Shown: one piece after another, positions 12,847 through 27,439 of the stretch
Numbering within the stretch: the stretch's first letter is position 1
How the letters are laid out: the number at the start of each line of letters is the position of its first letter
Assembly: GCF_009914755.1 (NCBI RefSeq)
Contig: NC_060944.1
Origin: the human T2T-CHM13v2.0 reference genome, Homo sapiens
Direction: 5' to 3' (one strand)
Length of the DNA stretch: 64,000 bases
Notes under the pieces: model-generated
The model's input: only the letters and a program-made list of their open reading frames with translations
The model's database searches: none
What the model was told of the DNA's origin: nothing
Translations under genes and position numbers: made by a program

Positions 12847-14726
12847 CAGAGTCTCTGCTGCCTTCTCAGAGGACTGAGACGTGTCGACTTTCACTGGGGA
12901 GGCAGATATGCTGCAGATCATAGGGCTTCTTGTCAGTTATCAGTGCCCAGACCTGTTGCCTGTGGCCATCCACTTAGCATCTGCAAGCATGCTTACCCTC
13001 CAACAAGTCCCAGCCTCTGGATACCCCTTTATCCTTATCTGCCACCCTACCCATCACTCCAGCCCTGCCAGGCTCCAGGCAGCTTGCAGAGCTCATCGCA
13101 CTGGCCCATGCCTCAGTGCCTTTGCATGTGCCGTTCTTGCTCCTGGTACACCCTCTGCACCCTCCTTATCTTCTGCAGACTTCAAGAGTCAGTTCAGTTT
13201 TTTTTTTTCCTGTGGAAAGGCTTCCTGGCTGTCCAGGTATTGGAGGGGCTCCTTCTCTGGCACCCCACAGGACCCCAGGCACACCTGGGTTGCTGCACTG
13301 TTTAAAATTGTGGGGTCATTTCTGCCTCCCCCACCAGAATGTGCACTCCTGCGATGGGGTGTTTCTGGCTCAGGGTCTCAGACATAAGAATCCTCAGGGA
13401 ATGTTTATGGAATGAATGAATGAATGGAGTACCAGGAGCAGCATGGAGCTCTGGGAGGTCTTGAGAAGTGAAATGGCCACAGAAAGAGTTGTGATGAGGG
13501 CAGCTCAAGACAGAGGCCTGCAGAGGATGTGAGAAAGAGGCTCGAGGCAGTGACTCAAGGAAGCTCAGAGTCAGAGGACAGAACAGTGGCCAACTTCTGG
13601 GTCTCTGTCACCATCCAGGCCTCTCTGCCAGGTCTAGACTTCCAGGCTGGACTCCAGACTTGTGACCTCTGCTTCTCCTTCCAGGACTGGCATGCAGGAG
13701 CTTTGTCTTGACTTCTCACATCATTGATCCAAGTGTGGTGGGCTGGAAGAGAATACCCCCAAAAGATGTCTACATCCTAATTCCCAGACCCTGTGAACAT
13801 GTTAGCTTCCATAGACACCCTGTTGGCTCCCAAAACTTAACACATGTCTGCCTGTGCTCATCACCTTCACTCTGCTCAATCCTGCTCCTCCTTCTATGTC
13901 TCCACCTCAGAGAATTGCAATAGCCACCCCTTATCACCATTTCATCCCAAGAGTCTTGCTTGACTCAGCCACTACTCATCCCATGCATTCCACTCAATCA
14001 CCTGTCAATATCAATCTTCCTCAGTGCCTCTCGGACCTACCTGGTAGATTTGGCCACTGCCATAGACTGTACCAGCCCCCTCTCTGGGACCTCTTGTCTC
14101 CTCTCTCAACTGCCTCATCCATGTGCAGCCAGAGTGGTTCCATCGGGCAATTCTGAACACGTCCTCCCCTGCTGAAATCCCTTCGATGGCTCCCCATGGG
14201 TCTGGGAGAGCCTTCCCCTACTCTGGCTCTCAGGCCTTTTGCTGTCCATCCCTGCTGGCCTCTGAAGCCTCAGTGAAGCCACCTTGGGTCCTGCCAGGTC
14301 CATGTCAGCTCCACGGCTTTGCACAGGCTGTTTCCTCTTCCTGGACACCCTCACCTTCTTCACCAGCTAACTCCTGAGCAGCTGCAAGAGTCAGGCCAGA
14401 CTCCACTTCCTCTCGGTGGCCGCCGCCTTCTGCAGACTAGGTGGGAAGGTCGCTGCACATGTCTTACTCCTGTTCCCCCACGACCACCACACAAGGCGTC
14501 TTGAAGGAGGGACTGTGTTCTGGTCAGCCATGTGTTCTCTAACCCAGCATCTGCACTCAGCACTGGACATACTCAACAAGGGTTGCTGAAGGGCTGGAGG
14601 GAGACGTGGCTGATGCGTGGGGAGAGGCTGGTTCTTGCCCAGGCATTGGGACCCTGCTCAATGCCAGGGAGATGCAGAGAGCTTGAATGTGCTGGGTAAT
14701 GGGGTAATATGGGCCAGCCAGGTGGC

Positions 14727-15150
14727 TGTCATCTGTCAGGTTCCCTGGAAACAGACTCCGAGATGGAGATTGTGCACAGCAAGTTTTAGGGGAGCACTCT
14801 CAGGAACGTCACCCATGAGAAGTAAAGGAAGCAGCCTGGGGCAGAGAGAGAACTTGAACCAACGTGCATTGCTACAGAGGCTTCAGCCAATCCAGTGAGC
14901 TCTGGAATGCTAGGATGCGCCTTCTGAGATGTCCCAAATTGAGTCAACGGGGCTGGGCCTTTGAACCCCCACATCAGTGAATGTAGACCACCCCTTGGAA
15001 GGGCTTGTAACCATGGGGGAAGCAGCTCCATCAGCCACAGGCAATTCCTGGAGAGGGTTGCAGCTGCGAGCTGTCAGAAGCCCATATGCCCGGCAGCTGG
15101 AGAACTGAGTCCTGTGGTCCTGAGGGGGCCGTCGGGCCGTGCAGGGGTCA
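14727..15150 (-). mobile_element. ERVL-type solo LTR (LTR16-like)
   Basis: GGTTCCCTGGAAACAGACTCCGAGATGGAGATT... is the reverse of an LTR16-type 3' end. Confidence 0.65.
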
Positions 15151-15557
15151 CAGCTGCACTGATTTTAGAGAGAGGCTACAACGCAAGGTTAGAGCAAGAG
15201 CTCAGCTTGTGGCCAGCACAGGGCTTGGCCAAGTGAGAGCACACTGAGTAGGTGTTCACTGAGGCTGTGCTGGGCAAGTGGGTGCAGCAATGGGGTAGGG
15301 CTGTGGACACAGGCCTGGGAGCCACACAGACATTCATGTGAATCCAGCTGTGCCGCCTACAGCCAAATGACCTTGGGCACGTGACTTCTCATTCTGAGCC
15401 TCAGTTTCCTCATCTGTAAAATGTCGATGATAAGCACCCCTTTCTCGCATGCCTGAGTAAGAAGAAACTGGTCAACAGGTCAGTGTCTGGCAAATGCTAC
15501 CTGCCACATAAAGGATAACATTTCTACCATCGCTTCTACTTACCACACTCCACTACC

Positions 15558-16212
<655 letters not shown>

Positions 16213-16706
16213 TTTCTCACCTCTTCTTAGCCCAGTTGAGGTGCAGTTCAAGCTCATACCTTAAGCAAGTTAATGAGGGGATGAAGAAAGGAAAACTTTC
16301 GTCTTGAACACACTAGGTGTCTGACTCTGTACAAAGTTAGCTTTTTGTTTGATCCTCACAGCTGCCCCATGAGGGCAGGGTCATTGTTACCCCATGTTGA
16401 AGCTGTTAAGATCTGTATGGATACAGTGGAAAACATCTCAGACTCAGAAGACAGGCAGAATTCTGGCTTTCCCACTTTCTGGCTGTGTGATCTTAGGCAA
16501 ATCACTTAACTCTCTGGGTTTCAGTGTCTTTATTGTCAAATGGGGGTGATAAGAGTGCTTCCATCAAAGATTTGTTGGTGACTCTTCTAGCATGGTTCCT
16601 GGGGTGTAGTGAGCCCTCACTCACTGAAATACTAGATATTATTATCATTATTATTATTGCTATCATTTTCTATAAAACAAGGACGTTGGGATCTATTGGA
16701 AAGTGC

Positions 16707-17037
16707 TACTCTTTTAAATTACTCAGTGTCAGGTAGTTCTTTATAGCAGTATGAGAATGAACTGATACAGAAAATTGGTACCAGTAACGGGGTGATGCTA
16801 CAAAGATACCTGAAAATGTGGAATCAACTTTGGAACTGGGTAACAGGCAGAGGTTGGAACCGTTTGGAGGGGTCAGAAGAAGGCAGGAAGATGTGGGCAA
16901 GTTTGGAAGTTCCTAGAGACTTGTTGAATGGTTTTGACCAAAATGCCGATAATGATATGGACAATGAAGTTCAGTGGTCTCAAATGGAGATGAGGAACCT
17001 ATTGAAAACTGGAATAAAGGTCACTCTTGCTATGCTT
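16707..17037 (+). mobile_element. MST/THE1-type MaLR: LTR 3' end plus start of internal region
   Basis: ...TTCTTTATAGCAGTATGAGAATGAACTGATACA|GAAAATTGGTACCAG...GGAACTGGGTAACAGGCAGAGGTTGGAAC. Confidence 0.85.
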
Positions 17038-17071
17038 TAATTTCTGATTGTGCTCAGAAATTAACGAGAAG

Positions 17072-17427
<356 letters not shown>

Positions 17428-18469
17428 TCAGAAGATTGATTCTACATCGTATACATCTGTCAGCACATCAGATTGGACCCTATGCATGTATACAACTATG
17501 ACTTGTCAATAAAAAGAAAAGAAAAAAATTTAATTGTGGGGGAAAAAAATTCCACCTTTCCAGGCTGAAGAAAATAAAAAAATTTAATTGTGGAAAAAAA
17601 GAAAAAAAAAAATTCCGCCTTCCTGGGCTGAGTGTGAGGCTGTGTTGAATGACAGCTCATTCAGGCTTCGGAGGACGCAGGGTGGCTGCCAGCTCTGTGA
17701 ATCGGCAGAAGGCGGGAAGGAGGAAGGTGTGATTTTTCTTGTTCTCTCCTCACTGTGTGGGGTTACACTAAGCACACGGGGCTGCTCTCCATAGAGACTG
17801 CAAATGGGGAATTTGTGAAAAACGCCCTTGTGTTCCTGCAGCCCTGCGAAGCTATTAAGCTCTGCGATCCTAATTACATTCACAGCCGCCTCGTTCCTGC
17901 TGCCTCCGTGTCTCCTCCTTCCTGGGGCGGGTGCAGATGTGGCTCGGGAGCGTGGCCATATGTTTCCAAGAGGGAAGCAGGAGGCTGGCTTCACTTGGTT
18001 CCCAGACATCTCATGAGTGCCGGCTGCCTGCCCAGCCCTCTGCCTGGTGCTGGGAGGCAGGTGTCTCTGCACTTGAGCAGATGCCGGGAGGCAACGTGTG
18101 GAGAGCTCTGCCAGAGGCTTGGAAAGAGGGTGAGGCCAGAGGATGGAGCAGGAGAGGGAAGGCTTCTCTGAGGAGGTGACATTTCAGGTAAGCCATAAAG
18201 GAGGATGACACAGAGGGCAGGTGTCCAGTCTAGAGAGAAGCCCACATGTCCCCAGGGAGCTCTGGGAAGGGGCTGGAGAGGTCAGGAGGAGAGAGATTGT
18301 ACAGATCCTCATGGAGCATTTTACATGGCTAGGCCATTGCTAAGTGGGCCCCTGGGAGCTGCTGAGAGATGGAGAGCAGGGAGGCGACATTTCATGCTCC
18401 AGAAGGGTCACTGCAGGGGCCAGCATGGTGCCTGGACTCAGGAGGCCATGCTGGAGGCTGGGACTAGAG

Positions 18470-18945
18470 CTGCATAGCTTGAGATAGCCCTGAAAACAGA
18501 CCCTGACACAAAGGTTTGGGTGCAAGTAGTTTGTCTCAGGGGTTAACCCAGGAAGCCCTTGGAGGGAAAAAGGCAAGTGAGATTGAAAGGAAAGAAAGTC
18601 ATGGGTTGTTACCTCTGTGGGCAACAGGAACGGGGTCCTGCTGTGGACCCTCTGAAAGACTTGTGGATGTGATCCGGGAAGGATGTCAAGTCTTCCAGGA
18701 CGCAAATCAGAATCGTCCCACTGAGGGGAGAGGAAGTCGAGGTTTCATCTACAAACTCCTGTTCCTCACTGGCTGAGGGTCATTCCTGGGGCCCCAGTTG
18801 GTCAGCACTTCCAGGCTGTTTGGGGCACAGAACACCCTCAGGCAGGGTGCTGAGGGAAGCTGTCCGCATGCACAATAACCCTCTGTAGGGACCCCCGAGG
18901 TGGGCCGAGGGCCGGGGGGCAGGGTCTCCACTGCATCTGCTGCAG
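18470..18945 (-). mobile_element. Old ERVL-type LTR
   Basis: AAAACAGACCCTGACACAAAGGTTTGGGTGCAAGTAGTTT... is a reverse LTR terminus of the same general type as the LTR16-like copies; subfamily uncertain. Confidence 0.5.
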
Positions 18946-19934
18946 CTGATCAGGACAAAAGGCCTTAGCTGCTAAAAGTGTTGGGGCAGCGGGGTGTGGG
19001 TTCTGATTGGAGTAGGGGTCTCGTGAGCTGGTAGAGTGTTCTAGAATGCATGGAGGGATGGGCAGGGTCTCACCACTTCTGTGTCCCTCTCTTGTGAGCT
19101 CAACTTTCTTCTTCTAAAGGCTGAAATTGGCTTTAAGCAAAACACGTTTTGAGGTGAAACTTGGGAATTTTAGAATCATCACGGGGATGCCCCTATCTGT
19201 AGGTGTCTATGGAGGAGCCACAGACTTACTTGGAAGGAAAGTAAGATGGGAGGAAATGTCAGAACCTTAGGAACACCAGCGTTTAGTGGGTGGGCTGAAG
19301 AAGAGCAGGAAGGACTGGCTGGAGAGGTGGTTGGACAGTCAAGCACTGGGCCCTGGAGAAAGGAAAGGGAGCTGGGAGGGGAGGCAGCAGGCCCAGGAGT
19401 TGAGGATGGAGAAGTGTCTTGGGGAAGGCATCATAACTTAGGGAGGAGGGTGATACTTTGGAGAAGCTCAACTCCACCTTTAGTAGCTGTGTGATTATGG
19501 GCAAGTCTCTTGGCCTGAGACTTGGCTTTTTCTGCTGGGGATGATTATATTCCGCCTCCTGTATAGTTGTGATTAAATGAGTCATATGTGGACATGGTCA
19601 GCACAGTGTCTGGCACATATTAAGTGCTTAATAAAAATCTGTCCTCCTCTTCCTCTTTCTCTTCCTCCTGATGAGGATGGTGGTGAGGACACTGATTACA
19701 ACGGTATGGGTAGTAATGAGGACAGATGCCAGGTGAGTCGCTGGTGGGGGGAGTGGCCCAAGGACAGTGAGGAGAGACAATTCTTTGCACAGTTGGCTGC
19801 ATGGAGAAGAAGGAAAGTTGGGGCAGAAGTTTTTAAGAGACCTGGAGCTAAGAGAGATTTTAAAAGATGGGAGAGGAGTGATATTGATGAGATGCAGCCG
19901 ACAGACAGGGGAGACAGGAGCTGAACTGATGGAG

Positions 19935-20338
19935 GTGGGGGCTGTCTAGAAGCAGAGCCTGAGATGGGGTTCTTGTGAAGGTTGTTTACTGAGGGAGGGG
20001 CTGCAGGAATCAGGGATTGCAAGGGAAGGGGCTGAGCATGGATGTAGCCTCGGCTGGAGACTCGCTTCAGGCTGATTCCATAGGGAGCCCTGGAGCGCAG
20101 CTTCACTGCACAGCCAGCAGGGTGGCCTTTAGCACCCCTGTGCCAGTCAAGCAGTGGTGAGGTCTGCTGCAAGGTGGGCTGTTGGCGTTAAGATGTCATA
20201 GTCTCCTGGGAGAAGCAGTTCCCATTTGGCCACTTTTCTGGAGATGGGGGCAGGTGCAGATGATCCCAGCACACAGGGGAATGGGTACAGAAGCATGGTA
20301 AAGGGGGCGGAGTCCGGCACCGACAGTGTCCACTACAG
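19935..20338 (-). mobile_element. ERVL-type solo LTR (LTR16-like)
   Basis: CTAGAAGCAGAGCCTGAGATGGGGTTCTTGTGAAGG... shared with the 45730 copy. Confidence 0.6.
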
Positions 20339-20966
20339 CGGGCATCCTCAACTAGCAGGCCTCAAATGAGAGGCATATCTTTCACCGTGGGGAAGTTAGG
20401 ACAAAGTTTTTTAAATGCCCTAGAAAACCTGGGATGCTTAGTGGCTGTCCCCATGTTTTTGCTGGTTTTTATCTAAGAATAGCCAGTCATGTACTGTCTT
20501 TATGAAGGGAACTGTCTCTCTGACTGTGAGACCCTGAAGTGCGGTTGGGGAAGTGGGCGCTCTCATCCCCAAAGCTTGCCATTGTGTCCATCACAAAGCA
20601 TGGACTCATGAAAGGTCCGACTATATATTGAGAATGTATTTGTAACTATAGCAAGAATGAAGCTTCTCCACAGAGACTTGACATCCTTCCTGAATCGCAT
20701 CCAGTTCTGCTGTTGTGGCTTTAATTTTATTAAATAGGTCCAACAAGTATTTGCTTTTGCAGTGTGCAGGCTCGAATCTAGGAATCAGGATATAAAGAAA
20801 AGTCACTGGACAATTGTACAAAATCCGTAGTTCTAAAGAGCACACATTCTGAGAATCTTACTCCAAAAAATAGGCAAAAACATTCATAATAAACTTCAAT
20901 TATACGGTGTATCCATGTGATGAGAAGAATTTGCAATCAGGAAAGATTGCTTTCAGGTAAAACATG

Positions 20967-21321
20967 TGTATTAGTCTGTTCTCATGCTGCTAATAAAGAC
21001 ATACCCAAGACTGGATAATTTATAAAGGAAAGAGATTTAATGGACTCACAGTTCCACAGGGCTGGGGAGGCCTCATAATCATGGCGGAAGGCAAAAGAGA
21101 AGCAAAGGCACGTCTTACGTGGCGGCAGACAAGAGGGCTTGTGCAGGGGAACTCCCGTTTATAAAACCATCAGATCTCATGAGACGTATTCACTATCACA
21201 AGAACAGCACAGGAAAGACCCACTCCCGTAATTCGATTACCTCCCATTGGGTCCCTCCCACAACATGTGGGAATTACAGAAGCCACAATTCAAGATGAGA
21301 TTTGAGTGTGAAACCATATCA
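20967..21321 (-). mobile_element. THE1-type (MaLR) solo LTR
   Basis: TGTATTAGTCTGTTCTCATGCTGCTAATAAAGACATACCC...AAACCATATCA; TG...CA ends; 5-bp TSD ACATG/ATATG (one mismatch). Confidence 0.92.
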
Positions 21322-22862
21322 ATATGTGACCACTGGATGTAAAAGTTTGTTGAAAGCAGCGAGCAACACTGGTTGTAACCAAATAAGTGAAGATGATCAG
21401 CTCCAGGTTTTCTCCCAAAACTCCAAGGGAGAAGTTAAAGGGCTCAAAATTATGACTGAAAAGATAAAAGATCGTGATGATTCAATGCGTTTAATAGGAA
21501 GCTTAGCAAAAAGGCAATAATCAAATAATTGTAGAAAATATCACTTATCTGAAGAAAGTGGAAAATGTTCCAAAGGACCTAGCAAATATCAGCAAAATTA
21601 AATCTGTTACCCACATTAAAAACATCATAGTGCAATGTTTTTATTTCAAAGAAACTTTGAGACTCAAAAAAGCCATTATTATTGTTGTCATTATTATTTG
21701 GGGGATCGGATTTTATTCTAAGAGGATCAACAAGCCAATGAAGAATTTTAGGGAGGATAGTAGCCTGGCCTGACTTATTTATATAGAGAGATATTAATTG
21801 CTTGGGATGTGAGGAGTGTGAAAGACATAGGATTCATTATGGAGGTGGAACCAATAATGGCGTGTCCTGGCTAGTGCCTGGGGTTGTAAGGGAAAGGGAG
21901 AAGTCAGGGTTTCTGTTCAGGTTTGTGGCTTGGGTGACAGCAAGAACAGCAGTGCCATTTTACTATTTTGGTAAAACTGGAGGAGGAACAGTTTTCAGGA
22001 GAGGGAAGAGCTCCATTTGCAGCATGTGAAGTTTTATATGCTTGCGGGGCATCCGAGGGAAGATGTCACTCAGGGAATTGGATGTGGGAGTCTGGAGCCC
22101 AGGTTGGGGATGAGGGGATGAGGCTGACCCTGTTTCAGACATTTCAGGGTGCCTAATGTGGCCAATTAAGTTATGTAGGTACCAGCCATTTCCCCTCATT
22201 CCAGACTTCCCAGAACTCATCACATTTAAGTTTAACACTCTGCTTGGAAGAGCCCATATTGTTGTTGCTGCTGCTTTGGATCTGCTTTTGAAGAAATAAA
22301 TATTGCAGGTACAAGTTAAGGTCCCTTTGTACCTCTCTGTTCTCAGAAAGAAATAACCACTATTCTGCAGTGAGTGTTTTTATGCTTTTACTACATTTTC
22401 ATATATCCTTGAACACCTGACAGTGATGTTTTATATTTTAAACGTGTTCATAAAGGCATTATACTGTATGTGTCCTTCTGAAACTATCTTCACTGGTTAT
22501 TGTCTTTGAGTTCATCTGCATTGGCAGCTGTAGGTCCACGTTGGTCAGGTTAACCCTCTACAGAATTCCATTATGTGAATACACCACAGATTTTCGCCAT
22601 CTCCCAGTTAGTGAATGTTTATATTATTTCCAGTTTTTTTGGAATTAAATGCCATAATGATCATCTTTGTTGTAATGCATAACTTTCTAAAGGTAACATC
22701 ATAACTCTCATACAAATATAAGATGAAAGCATGCCAAAAATTTATTTAAGTCGTGATTAATGAGGAATCCAGTAAGATATGACAACAGGTTCAAAGGTGA
22801 ATCTGAAGAGTAGACACATATATAGGCAAACAGGAATGGTGAGATAAATTTTCTAAGAAATG

Positions 22863-23394
22863 GACCCAGCCATCCCATTACTGGGTATATACCCAAAGGA
22901 TTATAAATCATGCTGCTATAAAGACACATGCACATGTATGTTTACTGCGGCACTATTCACAGTAGCAAAGACTTGGAACCAACCCAAATGTCCATCAGTG
23001 ATAGACTGGATTAAGAAAATGTGGCACATATACACCATGGAATACTATGCAGCCATAAAAAAGGATGAGTTCATGTCCTTTGTAGGGATGAACTGGATGA
23101 AGCTGGAAACCATCATTCTTGGCAAACTATCGCAAGAACAAAAAACCAAACACCACGTGTTGTCACTCATAGGTGGGAATTGAACAATGAGAACACTTGG
23201 ACAAAGGAAGGGGAACATCACACACTGGGGCCTGTTGTGGGGGGCGGTTGTGGGGAGGGATAGCATGAGGAGATATACCTAATGTAAATGATGAGTTAAT
23301 GGGTGCAGCACACCAACAAGGCACATGTATACATATGTAACAAACCTGCATGTTGTGCACATGTACCCTAGAACTTAAAGCATAAAAAAAAAAA
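22863..23394 (+). mobile_element. 5'-truncated L1PA (about 530 bp) with A-tail
   Basis: ORF2 C-terminus (DPAIPLLGIYPKDYKSCCYKDTCT...), L1PA 3' UTR, poly(A), flanking repeat AAGAAATG at 22855-22862 and 23395-23402. Confidence 0.95.
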
Positions 23395-23519
23395 AAGAAA
23401 TGCAAAACTGCTTAATGGCTATAGAGCAACCAAACATAATGTTTGGAATCATCCTTTTTACAGGGTGGGATCAATTATATCCCTACCGGACAAAATTTCT
23501 TTGCATTTTTATGGACAAG

Positions 23520-24265
23520 AATGGGTTTCACTCTACCTCACACCTATTAGGATGGCTTCTATTGAAAAGAGGGAGAGAGAGAAACGAGTGGCGTGGATGT
23601 GTAGAAACCGCAACCGGAACCCTTGTGTGTTGCTGGTGGGAATTGAAGTGATATAGCCACTGTGGAAAACAGTATGGTGGTTTCTTAAAAATTAAAAAAC
23701 AGAATTACTATATGATACGGCAATTGGAATTCTGGGTGTCTACTCGAGAGAATTGAAAGCAGAGGCTCCACGAGATACTTGTGCACCCACATTCCTAGCA
23801 GCATTATTCATAATGCCCAACCAACTGCCTACCAGCAGATGAATGGATAAGCAAAATGTAGTCTATACATACAAGGGTGTATTGCTCAGCCTTAAAAAGG
23901 GAAGAAAGTTCTGATTCAGCTGCCACGTGGATGAACCTTGAGTACCTTAAGCTAAGTGAAATAAGTCAGTCACGAAAGAATACTGTGTGATTCCACTTGT
24001 TTGAGGTACCTGGAGTAGTCATAGTTCTAGAGACAGAAAGTAGAAGAGTGGTTTCCAGGGCTGGGGGAAGAGAGGAATGGGGAGTTCTTATTTACTAGGG
24101 ATGGAGTGTCAGTTTTGCAAAATGGAAAGAATTCTGCAGACGGCTGCTGGTGATGGCTGCATAATGGTGTGAACATATTTAATGCCACTGAACTGTACAC
24201 TTAAAAATGGTTGATGGTAAATTTTATGTGTATTTTATCACAATTTAAATTTTTAATGATTAAAA
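23520..24265 (+). mobile_element. L1MB-like 3' end
   Basis: CACACCTATTAGGATGGCT...ACTGAACTGTACACTTAAAAATGGTT...AAATTTTATGTG. Confidence 0.8.
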
Positions 24266-25338
24266 AAATCAGTTGCATTAATGTCACCTTTCTAGAGCTT
24301 ACAAAGTTGTAAAATAGCCTAGACAAAGACGTGTACTCCTATAGAAGCAGGTAACCCCAGAGGTCTGCTGGACAATGCCCCGCAGTTCATTGAATGACAC
24401 TCATTTGTCCATCTTGAAGTCTTTTGCAGTTTTCCACACTGTGTGTATGTCTTCTTGTGCATGTGTGAAAGTTCTTTATAGTAAACATCTTGGAGTAGAA
24501 TTCTAGGTTATAGGATATCTGCATCTTCAATATACTGAGTGTTGCCAGGTTGTTTTCTAAAGTGTTTTACATACTAGTCTACACTCCTAACAGCAGTGTA
24601 TGCAGAAACATAAATGGTCCAGTAAACTTATGAAAAGGTGGTCACCCTCACTAGTGATCAGAATGGTGGAAATCAGAATGACTTTGAGAGAATTTCACAC
24701 TTAGCAGGTTTGCAAAACTTCAAAAATCCGCCATTATCAAGAGTTGGTAAAAATATTAAATCACCAAGTCAGGAATATCTGATGGAAGAATTCTAAAGCA
24801 GGCCACTGGGAAGAAAAAGAAAACAAGCCCTAATACAGAGTTCTAAAGCTGATTTGATCTTGAGGAGCTAATGCCAGATTCTTGCTTAAGGCTTATAGAA
24901 GGTGAGAGTGCGTAAGCTATGGGGTGGGAAGAGGAGAATGTTTGGAGAATACATTTTAAAACCTTCTATAAAACAGTTCACTTTAAATCTGTCTCTCAGA
25001 TATTTGTATGATTAATAATCAAATACATATATGTCACAATATATTAAGAACTGGGTTAGAAACCAGTATCTACCTACACACTGTTTACACTTAAAATTAT
25101 GCAGGACAAAAATAAAACAGTGAAAACTTAGAGTGATAATGATAGCAGATAAAGTAGGATGTAAGACAGAAACATTAAGGCAAAGATGCTTATTTTTTAT
25201 GAGCAAGGAGAAGCCACAGTAAAGACATAACATTCTGGGACATTTACAGGATAAATAACTTCACGTTAGTGTGTATGCAGAAAATCTGTTTAAATTTTAG
25301 AGAGAAACTGCTGGAAACACAATAGGAATGGCAGGCTT

Positions 25339-25643
25339 TGTGGAAAACAGTATGGTGGTTTCTTAAAAATTAAAAAACAGAATTACTATATGATACGGCA
25401 ATTGGAATTCTGGATGTCTACTCAAGAGAATTGAAAGCAGAGTCTCCACGAGATACTTGTGCACCCACGTTCCTAGCAGCATTATTCATAATGCCCAACC
25501 AACTGCCTACCAGCAGATGAATGGATAAGCAAAATGTAGTCTATACATACAAGGGTGTATTGCTCAGCCTTAAAAAGGGAAGAAAGTTCTGATTCAGCTA
25601 CCACATGGATGAACCTTGAGTACCTTAAGCTAAGTGAAATAAG
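25339..25643 (+). repeat. 305-bp displaced direct copy of 23661-23965
   Basis: Base-by-base comparison: 6 substitutions, no indels. Confidence 0.97.
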
Positions 25644-26112
25644 CCAATTCTTTTGAGATTTTACACCTAAAGTAAAGTAGTCAAAACTGTTTATTGAATA
25701 GACATATGGAGAAATTTGTACAATATACAGTATTATTTCCAATATACATGAACGGTTTTGCAAAAATTGATCATACTTTGGTGACACAATAGTCTGTATA
25801 CCAAACCCCTGTGACATGCAATTTGTCTCTATAACAAACCTTCACATATACCCCTGAACCTAAAAGTTTTTAAAAAGGAAAAACAAACTGATCATATCCT
25901 AAGCTATAACAAAAATCTCAGTACTTCCCAAAAAGATAAAATTCTGGGAGTCATGGTCTCTGATCTTGATAACAAAGGATACATTAAATAAAAACACTCT
26001 TCCAAATAACTTTAGGGTCAGAGAGAAAATAAAATCATCAATGTAGACTATTTTAAAAATACTTATATGATGTAGCTAAAATTCTCCCTGGGAGAAAAAT
26101 CATAGTTACAGT

Positions 26113-26292
26113 GCAGAGTTTCTCAACCTCAGCACTATTGACATTTTGGGATGCATAATTCTTTGTTTAGTGGGGACATCCCTGGCCACTACCCAGCAGA
26201 TGCCAGTAGCTTCCCACCCTCCAGTTGTCAGAACCAAAAATGTCTTCAGAGAAATGCCCCCTGCATGGTAAAATTGCTCATCTCAACTCCTG
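26113..26292 (-). mobile_element. MER20
   Basis: CAGAGTTTCTCAACCTCAGCACTATTGACATTTTGGG...CAGATGCCAGTAGC. Confidence 0.85.
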
Positions 26293-26493
26293 CCCTAGAT
26301 GTTTCTGTTACTAAAAAAGAAAATGTGAAAATAGCTTAATTTGAAGACCTATGTAAAAAACAACATATGCTACCTCAAGTCAACATTAATAGAGAAGAAA
26401 GCAGAATTTAATGAATTATCATGAAAGTTGTCAAATTTTTTTAAAATATAAGAGCTGGTTCTTTGGCTAGACAGTTGAAATATATAAACTTTT

Positions 26494-26800
26494 GGCCGGG
26501 TGTGGTGGCTCATGCCTGTAATCTCAGCATTTTGGGAGGCTGAGACGGGTGGATCACTTGAGGTCAGGAGTTTGAGACCAGCTTGGCCAACATGGCAAAA
26601 ACCCATCTCTCCTAAAAATACAAAAAGTAGCCGGGTGTGGTGACATGCACCTGTAATTCCAGCTACTCAGGAGGCTGAGGCAGAAAAATTGCTTGAACCC
26701 TGGAGGTGGAGGCAGAGGTTGTGGTGAGCCGCGATAGCATCACTGCACTCCAGTGTGGGCAACAGAGCAAGACTCCGTCACAAAAAAATAAATAAAATAA
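26494..26800 (+). mobile_element. Alu (AluS-type), full length
   Basis: GGCCGGGTGTGGTGGCTCA... to (AAAAT)n tail. Confidence 0.96.
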
Positions 26801-26942
26801 ATTTTGAGAAGGAAAATTTTAAAAAGCAACGTGTATTCACAATATTACAATTTTGAATGGGAACTGATGAAAACCACAGAGTATATTTTTAAATATATTA
26901 TCCAGTTATATGCTAGTACATGTTAGTATCTGGATAAAATGA

Positions 26943-26945
<3 letters not shown>

Positions 26946-27005
<60 letters not shown>
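26946..27005. repeat. (TA)n microsatellite, about 30 units
   Basis: Uninterrupted TA run. Confidence 0.97.
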
Positions 27006-27009
<4 letters not shown>

Positions 27010-27439
27010 ACCAAAACTGACTCGAGAGAAAATGGAAACTGAAATAGACCTATTAGCCATGAAGGATATTGTGAAAACAAAAAGCACTGGGCCTCAGATG
27101 GTTTTCTGTTTAAGCTCTTTCATTCTCTAAGGAAAATGTAATTTATATGTTATCTATACTGTTCCAGGGCATAAGGGAAGAGTTCAATTTCTAAAGCTGA
27201 TCATAACAAAAACATTTGACAAAAGTAACCCTAAAAAATAAAAACTAAGAGATTTGTAATAAAATACATGCCAGACACATTCAAACAAACATACAGGCAA
27301 GGACAGCATTATTCATATCAGACTCCACTGAATTCAAGGCAAAAAAAAAAATGAGACAAAAAAGATACTTAATAAAGAGTTTAATCCATAATGAAGATAC
27401 AATTGTCTGTCTTCTTTTTGTAATAAAAACCAATATCAG

